A stretch of 64,000 bases of DNA, taken from positions 1 through 64,000 of the forward strand of contig KZ538039.1 of NCBI GenBank assembly GCA_000934665.2. Direction: 5' to 3'. The notes under the pieces are model-generated. The model searched no databases. It saw only the letters and a list, made by a program, of their open reading frames with translations, and had not been told where the DNA came from. The translations under genes and the position numbers were made by a program. Positions 41,517 to 55,400 of this stretch are shown piece by piece (position 1 is the first letter of the stretch; the number at the start of each line of letters is the position of its first letter). This DNA is from Catajapyx aquilonaris (taxonomy: Eukaryota).

Positions 41517-43488
41517 ACTTGAAAATTGCTGGGACTTTAGTCTGGTGTCAGGTAATCTGCTTCCTACTTAGAAAGCCATAACTGCAATGACAGTCGTGAT
41601 GAGTGATACTTGACTGATTGTACATTTCAATTATGGCTTTCTTTGGTAGGATACCTAAGGCAGTGTCATGTGGAAATTTCAGTGTCATAACAACACAAAA
41701 AGATATTTGGATTTTGACCCTTGTTAGTGTCGGCACCAACAAAGTGTCGAAATCAAATACATGTTTGCCACAGATTTACGACTGTGAATTTTTCATATGG
41801 CTCATACAGTCGAAGTTCACATTACAACTTGTAATAGGCTTTTCTTGGTTTTTGTACTTGGTTAAGGATTATGTGATAAGCATGGGGTCCTTAACCTGCA
41901 AAACTTTTGGGGAAGCTCTTTTGAGACTGTAGTATATTATTTTTAAGCAACTACTTTGTTGAAACAAACGTCCCTATGTGAAAAGGCTAGTCATTCCACA
42001 AGTGACCAGTTACATCCAGGCAAAATTAAGCATATAAAGTGTTGAATGTGCCTGGATTTGTTGGTAACGTGACATCAGACTAAAGCATTGGCCAATTTGC
42101 CCAAGCGGAATTGTCAAAGCAATCATGTGCAGAGAAATACGTTTGCAATATTCGGATAGGAGTCACCCAATCAGAGTCACCAGTGCTGAAATGCCAATAT
42201 GGGAGAGAGCAACAATAAGGCTTTCAAGAAAATGCAGCGTGACTTCTTCAACACATTTTATTCCGCAAGTGATGGAAGACCCGTGACTTTACACTGTAGA
42301 AATATCCAACAGATTTTTTTTTTTTTCCTGCTCCATTTACTGACCTTCATCCTATGCAACAAAAATATACTAAAAGATCAGCCATACATGTGACAGGTGA
42401 ACACTTTGAACAAAGAGAAGAAGTCGTTGTTAAAGGCATACACTAATAGTGTGAAGACTCACATCCAACTAACTACACTGCAACCGTTAGTTTGTGTAAC
42501 GTGTGTAAGTGTGGCGGTGTCTCTTATCATATACATAGGATGAGCAACAAAAAAAAAAGGAAACAAAACTGTACATATCTGTGGTGCGTGATGTCACCAG
42601 TTTCTTTTTTTTTTTCTTCTCCACACCTTGGAACACAACAATCAGGAGCTCATTTGTAATGAACTCTTAACAGAAAAATCCTGAAATTTTAGGGACAAAG
42701 CAATTTTTTTTGTCCTTACCCACAACTTCTCGTGGGAGGGGTTGCTGTAGAGCAATGTCAAATAAATTATTGCATAAGTGATTTTTTGAACATAACAGCA
42801 ACCACAGGTACTTAATTTACAACCAGATTACTTGTTTTCATATATTCTCTCTGGACCAGGTACGTGACTTTTGTTTCTATCTATAATATTAAAATCCTTG
42901 CAGGAGTTGGCCGAGCCCTCTGATTGGTCCGCCGCATATTGTATATTATGTTATTGGCCTGCGCCCTAGCAAAATTTGAACGAAGCGGGGGTTTTTCTAG
43001 TATTAGAATTTGTTTTTATAGAGTTGTTATCTCTCCGGAACTTTTCTACACATAAAAAACTATGTTATACATATTCTGTACATTATAACACAGTGAGAGA
43101 GCCACACACTAACATTGTGTGAGAACATCAACCTTTGAGAAACACTTACAACCCAACAGAAATGCTATTAGTCAAAGCCACATTTGAAACTAACTGAACT
43201 GGAAAATGCAGCACATTCTTTTCAGCATCCGTGAAAGGTGGCCAGAAGCGATTCCAAGTTGCTGACCATCTCGGGAGGTGGCACTGAAAACAAAAATGGT
43301 AAGCACATTTACAAATTGTGCCATGACATTGCAAGTGCAAAGCAAGGCTTTACTTGTTCCTTACACTCACATAAAAAAAAAGAAACCCTGAGGTCAAGGG
43401 CCTCAAGAAAAGCCTCACTAAAGTGCATGTCTAAGAAGGTGCGTTTTGCTAAGCAGGCTCAACTTGTGACCCTCACCTCCAGATAGCA

Positions 43489-45920
<2,432 letters not shown>

Positions 45921-46577
45921 TTTTACCGCTTCTTTTTGGTCTCTATTTTCTATTGTTATTTTTGGAAAGCGCAGGTTGCGTAGACTGGAAAAAGTGAAAG
46001 CGCAGCGTAGAATACAGAACGTCGATGGATCTTCGGGCAGGTCTGGACTCGGCGGCAGCTCGAAGCCGATTGCAGCCGGCCGCGCCGAACACAACCGACA
46101 GGGTCTCGCGTCAGTCAGCTTCGAACAGTCTCCGTTTATAAAATTAACTAGCCAGTCGACGCTTATGTGTTGGTACACCGCCTGTTAATTGCGTTTCCGG
46201 GTTTAATTGTTAACGCCAATTTCGGAAGGTCATTTGGTACGGAGCAGTTGCATTGGGGGCCGCCATGTTGGAGCTCTAGCCAATCGGATGTGGGCACCCT
46301 TATTAGCTACTTTCCCTGTGTGTAGCTAATATTCGTTGTGTTTTAAAGAGCGAGTTTTACCTTTAATGTGTGCCTAATTTATTTAAACCGTGTGTATCAT
46401 GTTTTAGCGACGCTATTTCGATCATACGAGGAGGTCATTCGGATTGTAGTGCCGTTGAATGTTGGGAGTTAAAAAGTAGCTAATATAACAGTTGCGCCCC
46501 TAGTGACACATGTGGCGGCACGTGCGTTAAAAGACCTGCACGTGTTGAGCTCCAGGATTTTGTGTCCAAAGCATAAG
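45921..46577. promoter_or_regulatory. Bidirectional promoter / 5'UTR region shared by ANKRD10 and EXD1-like
   Basis: Divergent ATGs are separated by 657 bp of locally CpG-rich sequence. YY1-like GCCGCCATGTT at 46259-46269, CCAAT at 46280-46284, ETS-like TTCCGG/CGGAAG at ~46195-46228. Confidence 0.6.
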
Positions 46578-47449
46578 ATGGATGTCTCCCATCTCGAGTA
46601 CAAATTGGTTGCTGACTGGGACATGTTTGCTCAGGCGATGGAGAAAGTCAAGCAGGAGAATGTGGTGGGCATGAGGTTTGAAGGACCATATCTGAGCAGG
46701 AATGAGTCTCCGTTGTTGGTGTCTGTTGCTACTAGGAGCCAAGTGTATCTGATTGACACGATGGAGATTAAGGGGGACTGCTACAGAGGTGGTCTAGGGA
46801 GGCTGTTGGAAGAAGAGGGCACTGTCAAGGTGGTTTATGATTGCAGGCGTGCATCTGATTCGCTCTTCCACAGACATGGGATCAGGCTCTGCAACATTTT
46901 TGACACGCAGGTCAGCATTGTGTTTGTATGCCTTACGTTATGCTAGGTTATGTAGTGATAGTGTGACCAGGCTGTGAATTAATCTGTGCAATTATTGTTC
47001 ACCAGGTGGCTGATTTGATGATCCAGCGTGACATGGGTGCGGATCCTCCCAAGATTCGTGAGCTCTCAAAGTGCTTGAAGGTGTACCTGGGCATTTCCAA
47101 GGAAGAGGCGAAGGATGTTGGGTGTGTGATGGACTGTTCTAAAAATCAGATGTGGGATGAACGTCCGTTACAGCCGGATACTCTGCATATGGCTTACGAG
47201 AGAGTCAGGAGCTTGAGGGCTCTGAAGGTGGCCCAGAACGAAGTCATGATGAGGCGGTTGACCCAAGGTGTGGATGTGTTCTTGTCCACAATCAGAGATG
47301 CCAGTGAGGAAGATGCTGAGATGGAGATGGTAATAGTGTTAGTTCATATAGTGGCTTGCCTTTATTTATGTCAGTTCTGAAAATTGCAGAGCTTGCTGCA
47401 TGAGGTTCCAGAGGGATTTGTGGCAACACTGGAGCAGAATGGGGTGTAA
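46578..47449 (+). CDS. EXD1: piRNA biogenesis protein EXD1-like DEDD 3'-5' exonuclease-domain protein, 3 exons, ~238 aa, predicted inactive
   Basis: Exons 46578-46910, 47006-47329, 47390-47449 (TAA), with phase-0 GT-AG introns. Motifs VSVATRSQVYLID, GLGRLLE..TVKVVYDCRRASDSL..HGIRLCNIFDTQVAD, WDERPL and EVMMRRLTQGVDVFL resemble the EXD1/Egalitarian-like exonuclease domain. AATAAA at 47780-47785. Confidence 0.8.
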
Positions 47450-48098
47450 AGTTGTCTGCATTTACGACTGACGTACGTGACACTTTATATTTATTCATGC
47501 TAGTCACGCACCTTGGGTACACATCACTCATGATGTGTTAGTTTACATTTTGATGCTTGTTTGATTCTTATCATACTCGTACAGCTAGTCATAAGGCTTG
47601 TCGCAACATTTTATATATATGTGAAAGGCCTTTGGTTTGATAAAATCTCACGTGTTTCTTATCCAGTACAAAGTGTGCTCTCTGTGGATTATGGATCAGT
47701 ACATTACTATATCAGTATTTTTTATGTCATCCATGTGGCATATCGTTTTGCTTGTTTTTACATTTTTACTGATCATGTCAATAAATTTCTAGCAAAATCT
47801 CTGGGCTTAGTAACTGGTTATAGACATTGCAGCAACAACACCACTTAGGACCACATGTGGCAAGATATTGTATGCTAGCACAAACTACACAGTACAACTG
47901 TGACACTGATCTTCAACAAGACTGTGAATAAATAAGAGCTAGTATGTTCCTGTTATGATGATCAAAGTATAGTAATTGGATTCAGGTTGGGTCAGTCACA
48001 ATAAAGATGTCTACAGTAGGTAGTCTTGCAAGCAGATGGTGGAAGTGTTCACCTACACTAAACCTGCCATTGGAAGCTACAGGATTGAGACCAGTCGG

Positions 48099-48724
48099 TT
48101 ACCCATTTGGGTTGTCAGTTTTAACTGCTGGAGTCTTGGTCACTCTTACAAGTTTCTCATTCAGCCAGTCACGTATATCTTTGTAGAGCAAAATAAATGC
48201 ATACCGGTATCTTATTGGGATTCTGCAATAATAATAATGGAGTATACAGTCTTTTGTAACTCTGAAGTAGTTAGCATCACACTAGAAATGAATTGCATTG
48301 GGTACCTGTAGATGTAAAGAAATACACTGATGACATAGTAGTAAAGCAAGACAAAAGTGAAATACATGTATGGTTTGGTAAATGGGCCCCTTTGGACGGA
48401 CACTAACATGATTACTAATGGCACGTATGTGCTGGAATAAACTGATCCAAGAAGAGTGAGAAGGATGGCCGGTTCGCTTTTCTCTCTCCTTCAGGTCCCA
48501 CAGTGTCCTTGTGCTCATTTCTCTGCAGATAGTGGGACACGTGAATGGCATTACCAGACTCTGCCAGCACCCTGCATCCTGTACCTGATTTGTTTCAGTT
48601 GAGACCAGTTCTGATGCATTTTTATCCAGATGAGTACGAGGCAGGCCAAGATAATGAACCATGGAAAATACATAGCTATCCCAAAGAAAATGTTCGTTGT
48701 CTCCAGGATTATTTTCTTCGACCA
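48099..48724 (-). pseudogene. Probable rhodopsin-class GPCR relic (TM5-ICL3-TM6-TM7-helix 8), spliced, with one frameshift
   Basis: Segments 48724-48585, 48522-48306 and 48222-48099 (TAA) are joined by GT-AG introns of 62 nt (48523-48584) and 83 nt (48223-48305). Removing one base near 48470 gives ...IFFGIAMYFPWFIILACLVLIWIKMHQNWSQLKQIR/EMSTRTLWDLKEREKRT|AILLTLLGSVYSSTYVPLVIMLVSV..YMYFTFVLLYYYVISVFLYIYR/IPIRYRYAFILLYKDI...*. An in-frame TGA lies at 48727-48725. Confidence 0.55.
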
Positions 48725-49094
48725 TCATATGGCACAGTATGAACGATACCAAGAGTGACGATACTAAAGGGTACTGTGAATGCTAGAGTACATAAAAATT
48801 TGAGCTGTTGATGAAAAACACATGTCGACACTAATGATTTCATCTAAAGATGCTAGAACATCTTTCATATACCCATTCTTCGCATTTCTAACAGTAGACG
48901 ATACAGTAGCATGTTCAAGTGCAATATTTTTTTGCTCTTATCACATTTAAATTAACTCTCGCAATTAACTACTAAATATGTGGGTTACATAGCGTCAGTT
49001 TAGACAGCCGGTATGTGTCCTATGCTGCGTGTAGTTGTTCAACCGGTACTAAGGAAGCTTCACGTAAAGTGTTTCAATGGGCCCGGCAAAATAA

Positions 49095-49212
49095 TGCTCG
49101 ATATATCGATTTAATGGCCATGCTTCTTGGGCTAGAATAATCGATATATTTTCATCCGATATGCCGAGCCGCATCGTTTTCTTTTTGTTTCCAAAACCGG
49201 GCAAGATGGCGG
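49095..49212 (+). promoter_or_regulatory. CTR9 core promoter with DRE-like motifs and a YY1-like motif over the ATG
   Basis: TCGATA 49098-49103, TATCGATT 49104-49111 and AATCGATA 49139-49146 (the last two are 7/8 matches to DRE TATCGATA). AAGATGGCGG at 49203-49212 overlaps the start codon. Confidence 0.5.
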
Positions 49213-52200
49213 GCACCATCGAAATTCCATTGCGCGACACTGACGAGGTTTTGGAGCTGGACCCGGCACAGCTGCCCGATGGAGAGAAGGTGCTGGGGAT
49301 TGTCAAGCAGGAAAATGCGCAGCTTCATCTCTGGGTCACCATTGCCGTGAGTATTCCATATGGAACGGGGGAAATACATGAAAAAAAAAGAGCACGCCAG
49401 GCCTTAACAGGTCATGCCTGCAGCTGTCATGAGATCAGAAATGGGTTGTTTCATCATGTTAATTAGGGTTCAATTTCCATTGCAGCTGGAGTATTACAAG
49501 CAGGGCAAGGTCTCAGACTTTGTTACGATATTGGAAAGTGCCAGGACAGATGCCAAACTTGATTATAAGGATTTTGAAAAGGACCAGATGCGTTGCTTTG
49601 ACATGTTGGCCGCATACTATGTGCAGATGGCCAACAAAGCCAAAGTCAAGGATAAGAAGAGGGAGTGGTTCACCAAAGCCACTGTTCTGTACACTACTGC
49701 AGACAAGATTATCATGTATGACCAGGTAAGGTGTCGGCATTTTACAAAAAAAAACTAGTGACAATTTTATCGAAATATCTAATGATCAGGAATGAGCAGA
49801 TTATCCTGTGCCTTGTAACGTCAATTTGATCTCACATGTTTTGATGCATAGGCCTGCTCTTCTTTTTAAAATAAAAAGGTTTGAGAATACACTGCACTCC
49901 CCATTATCTGGGATAATGACTTCATGGGTGTCGTCAGATAATAGGAAGACACAGATAATCGGACAATGGACCTAGATACTGTAAAAGTGAGCTGTTCAGA
50001 GGTTTTTAATGAACTCCTGCATGTACTGTACGCTGCTTTGAATCACATTTAATCGAAATAATGAAACTTTCCACACACATTTAGTTTGTCTTCTGGAAAA
50101 AGCCTTTATTTGTTTGCATGACATATTGACATTTTTTCGGACTCTAATTTACTTTCCTTATTGTTTTGGCAATGCATTGATAATCCACACCCAGATAATG
50201 AGGAGTACAGTGTAGTGTGAAGTGAATGTACACAACAGTAAAATGAAATGCAAGTCCTAATGCTATTTGAATTTTTCTAGAATCACTTGCTGGGCAGGGC
50301 ATACTTCTGCCTGCTGGAGGGCGACAAGATGGACCATGCAGATGCGCAGTTTAATTTTGTGCTGAATCAGTCCATCAACAATATTCCTTCACTTCTTGGG
50401 AAGGCTTGCATTGCTTTTAACAAGAAAGACTATCGAGGAGCCCTAGCCTTCTACAAGAAGGCCCTTAGGACCAATCCGAATTGTCCTGCTGCTGTCAGAC
50501 TTGGGATGGGGCACTGCTTTATGAAGCTGGGAAATGAGAAGAAGGCATGGTGAGTAAAGTTGACACATTTTAAAAATTCTCAAGTTGTGGTTTTCAATGC
50601 ACTGAGCCATTCATCCTGTGCAGAATTTGGGATTGATGATGATGATGATTAATGGAAAATATTTAGCTGAACTGTTGCCAGAGGAGATGCTGAAAAACAG
50701 TGCTCAGTGCCTCGACTCACTACTGTTGTTTTTAGTTATTGCCAGATTTTTCGCAAAACTAGAAGTATTTTGTGGGTTATTCAGCTCATTTATTCCTTTT
50801 TCAGGCTTGCCTTTGAACGGGCCTTGGAATTAGATCCGAGCTGTGTTGGAGCTTTGGTGGGCCTAGCCATACTGAAGTTAAATCAGCAAGGAGAAGAGTC
50901 AATTCGGAGTGGAGTCCATATGCTCTCTCAGGCCTATTCCATTGATGCCACTGATCCCATGGTACTCAACCACCTTGCCAATCACTTCTTTTTCAAGCGA
51001 GATTATAACAATGTGCAGCACTTGGCCCTGCATGCCTTCCACAACACAGAGAATGAGGCTATGCGGGCAGAGAGTTGTTACCAATTGGCAAGGGCCTTCC
51101 ATGTCCAGGCAGACTATGACCAGGCCTTCCAGTATTATTACCAAGCTACCCAGTTTGCGCCCCTTAACTTTGTGTTGCCTCACTTTGGGCTGGGCCAGAT
51201 GTATATCAACAGAGGAGACACTGAGAATGTAAGTTGGATCAGTAATATGCAATGAATCATAATTTGTTGGGGGTGTTAATACTCTCTGCCTATCACTGGT
51301 AGAGCTTGTGGTCTGACTTGTCAAGATTATGCGAGCAAATTATATGAAAATTTTTCTACTTTTTTAAGGCAGCTCAGTGCTTTGAGAAGGTCTTGAAGGC
51401 CCAGCCAGGCAACTATGAGACGATGAAGATTCTGGGCTCCCTGTATGCTAATTCAAGCAGTCAGTCAAAGCGTGATATAGCTCGCAACCACCTGAAGCGT
51501 GTGACGGAGCAATTTCCTGAAGATGTGGAGGCCTGGATTGAGCTGGCGCAGATCCTGGAGCAATCCGACCCTTCAGCTTCTTTAGACGCATATGACACAG
51601 CCATGAAGATCCTGAGAGAGAAAGTGCAGGCAGAAGTACCCCCTGAGATCCTCAACAATGTGGGCTCCCTGCTCTACCGCCTGGGAAAACTAGAGGAAGC
51701 ACGGTCAAACTTTGAGAATGCTTTGCAGAGGTGCCGGGTAGAGGCATCCCATGATGCACAGTACTACAATTCTATCAGCGTGACTGTTACTTACAATTAT
51801 GCCAGACTGTTTGAGGCACAGTGTCAGTTTGACCGGGCAGAAAAGTTGTATAAAGACATCCTTAGGGAGCATCCCAACTATGTTGACTGTAAGTATTTTT
51901 GCTTGCAAATGTTACATTTTTAGAATTGGAAATTATTTGCACTGCTCTGGCCAAAATATATGAATCATGTTGCAAGGTACAATTTCACTGGGAATGAGCT
52001 TATAATATCTGTTCCAGTGTGAATATGACATAGCAGAGATCAGTGATGATGCAAAGCTGGTTGAGTAGTGTGGCAGTCCAAGTGGGAATTACACTGGGCC
52101 ACCATGTGCACACAATGATTTAATATCATAGTCTATGGAAGGGTGACACGGTGGCCGAGTGGTTAGCGCCGCAGCCTTCCACCTCTAAGGTCCCGAGTTC

Positions 52201-52393
52201 GATCCCCGGGTCGGACGGAGGATACTTATGTGGATAGAGTTTCGATGTGTTCTCTCCGTGTTCGCATGGATTTTCTCGGGGTTCTCCCGTTTCCTCCCAC
52301 TATCAAAATCCATCACATTACAGGCAAATGATTAAAGTCGGTTATTCAAAAGATGATCCCCTAAGAGGCCCAAGGGGCCTATCACGGGGTATC

Positions 52394-52451
<58 letters not shown>

Positions 52452-55400
52452 ACATAGTCTATGGCAGTTTAGTAAGGAATATGTGACTAAAAATTGAGCA
52501 TGATCTACTGTTGACGTATATTCACTTTCCTCTCAATGGGGGCCATTCACAGTTGAAAAAAATGGCAAATTCATTGATTTGAAACCCTGATTTTCACAAC
52601 TCATAAATCTCACAGGAAAACTGAGCTTCATTTTTTATTAATAGGCACAATCTCCACTGTAAATTATGGTACATGGGAATGAAATCAATCCTGGAACAGA
52701 TCCTTGTTATAGCCTTGCAGCATGGACATTAGTTATATTGGCTACAACTTTGCTTTTCATTTTTTTTAAAATGTCTTCTTGATTGCTTAGAGCAGCAGTA
52801 TTCGAGTGCAACCAATTATTGTTGATCTTTGCAGGCTACCTTCGACTAGGTTGCATAGCTCGTGACAAGGGCCAAATCTATGAGGCGTCTGATTGGTTTA
52901 AGGAAGCTTTGCAGATTAACAATGAGCATCCTGATGCCTGGTCTTTGATTGGAAATCTCCATTTGGCCAAAATGGAGTGGGGACCTGGCCAGAAGAAATT
53001 TGAACGGATACTTAAGGTAGGAAGAGATTATTATTATTATTAAGCAGGTTTTGGAAGCAATGCAAAAGACAGACTTGTGTCAAATTTGTGGTGGGTGGAC
53101 CTGGAAAATTGAATTGTTTCTGGAGGTGCAACCTGGTGACATTTATGGAACCATTAAAAATTGCATACCTTTTTATAATCTACCAAACTGATTTTTGTTG
53201 CTCGCTGAATAACAATACCATTGACTTTTATGTGTGATTACAAAAAGTGCAATTTATTCAGCATAATTACAAGGAATAATGAACTTAAAATCTTGTCATA
53301 TTGAAATAATGTGTTGACCTGAAAAGGAGAACATGATGGCATGCAGGGAATATTTAATTTAATTTTTCACTGAAGGGAATGTTTTTGCACTTATCCATCT
53401 TATCGTCGGCCGGCGATCAAAACCTCGTAACTCCATTTTGCGCGAAAATGGACTTACGTACCTTGTAAGTCCCTTTGCACAACTTTGCAACGGTGTACAT
53501 GAATTCAACATCATCCTCATGAAAGGTAAGGTTTACGTTATGCTATACTGTAGGAATAATGGGGAAGTAGCCTTGGTGTGGGATTTGGAATTTTTGTTCA
53601 TAACTAGCTAGCCCATGCCTGTAAACATACATTCCATCACTCTGTTGCATCAAAATGACATTACTGGATAAATTACGGCACATTTAAAAGTGCCTTCAAA
53701 ATTGGCGGGAAAAACGGAGCGCCCGGGTGGTGCCAATCGATAGGGTACACTGAAATGCCTGGTTGACTGCGAGATATGAGGAATTTGACTTTGAATTAAC
53801 CGCGGACACGACGGAAAGCATTCGCAAGGCGGCTGTAGGCCATCGAGGTGGAGAAAGGGGGCCTTCATGTGCCGAATTCGGGTGACAGATAATTCCGACC
53901 TGGTGGCATCACTGCCACGTAAAAAGCGGCTTGAGCGGCTTAGAGTAAAAACTCGCCCATTACCTGGCAACTAAGTAAACACTCGGACTGCTCAAATGTC
54001 CAGCCGTGTCCAGCACAGTACTGTACAACGAATTATTTTACGACCCTGCCGGGGCGCGTTCTATAACATCATTTTTGCGTTCATTTCACTTCGCGTGACG
54101 TCAACATTTTCGAGACAAACAGTGACGTCACCATTTGCCTACGAAAAAACGCCAATATCTCCGGAACTGAAACTGATATCTTAAAACGGAATACGCCAAA
54201 AAAATCCAAAAAATTTGGGCGAATTTATTATGTAGTTTCCAAAATGAAGGCTACTTCCCCATTGTCAGCATGAACAGAAAACATGATTTTACAAAATGTT
54301 TTTTGTCCCTCCTGTAAAATTTGGTCTTGAGGAGTTACGAGGTTTTGATCGCCGGCCGACGTTATAATGTTAAAAATTCAGTGACATGGTGTGGAAATTG
54401 TGTAACTCTTGAACGGGAAATGCCTTGGAAAAAATAGCCATGCAAATGTGGCACGATGGGCAAGTGAAGTGATTGGAGCAACCTTGGATATCAAGTGCCT
54501 GTCTGGCTGGTCATATGACACCCAGTCCTTTGACCTGCTACTCTTTCCTCTTCCCTTTTACCCTTGGCTGAGCTTATTTTATGTGTTCAGGTATTCCAAG
54601 GTTGCGTGGTTCTCCATGAATGTGAACAGGAAATTGCAAGTGACATTGAAGAGTTTTGTGAGACAGTTTCAGAACTATGTCCACCCTAGGTATAAGAATC
54701 AACATCCTAAGTGTAGGAGTCAACATGGTTATTAACTGATTGATTTTGTTATTCTTTGCTACAGAATGGTGCCACTCAGAATGATGCCTATTCCCTTATT
54801 GCTTTGGGAAATGTGTGGCTTCAGACCTTGTATCAGCCAACCAGAGACAGAGAAAAGGAAAAGCGTCATCAGGACAGAGCTCTGGCCATGTATAGACAGG
54901 TGATGAGAAATGATGCCAAGAACATCTGGGCAGCTAATGGAATAGGTGGGTGCCCAGTTTCACTATTTATTAGAATGCATTAATCATTGCAAGGCTAGAG
55001 TCATCGAATGTACAAGTGACATTTGACAGGGTCAAAGCCAAGTTGCAGAAGTTCGTGTGTATTTACATTCAAGTGTATAGAGAATGTTTCTGTGGCGAAG
55101 TTGACTGATCTGAAGAGGGAGGATGAGGGAAAGTTCATAGATTATTCCCTCCTGATGTACTAAGTCGCTGGCTGTATAATACATTGTCCTAACCTATTTT
55201 AACCCTTTGTCTTCCGCTCGATCCTGCACTCTTTGGGCAGGGGTTTAAAAATAGCGGCCTAGGTGAAAATCACTGGATCTGGCACCATTGGTTTCTCTCT
55301 CAATCCATGGGGCTGAAGCGTCCGAGACCTACAAACCCGAGTTGCATCTTGAGAGAGCCATGTACAGGCGGTTAAACTGTTAAAGGATTTCCTTTCCACA

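Noticed and set aside
45921..46178. In-frame N-terminal extension of ANKRD10
   Set aside because: Begins at GTG with no ATG before 45920 and shows no family similarity; likely 5' UTR.
52141..52215. tRNA gene
   Set aside because: The A/B boxes belong to a SINE head followed by a core domain, tail and TSD; no complete cloverleaf.
52247..52486. ORF with poly-Tyr
   Set aside because: Translation of the SINE (ATT)n tail.
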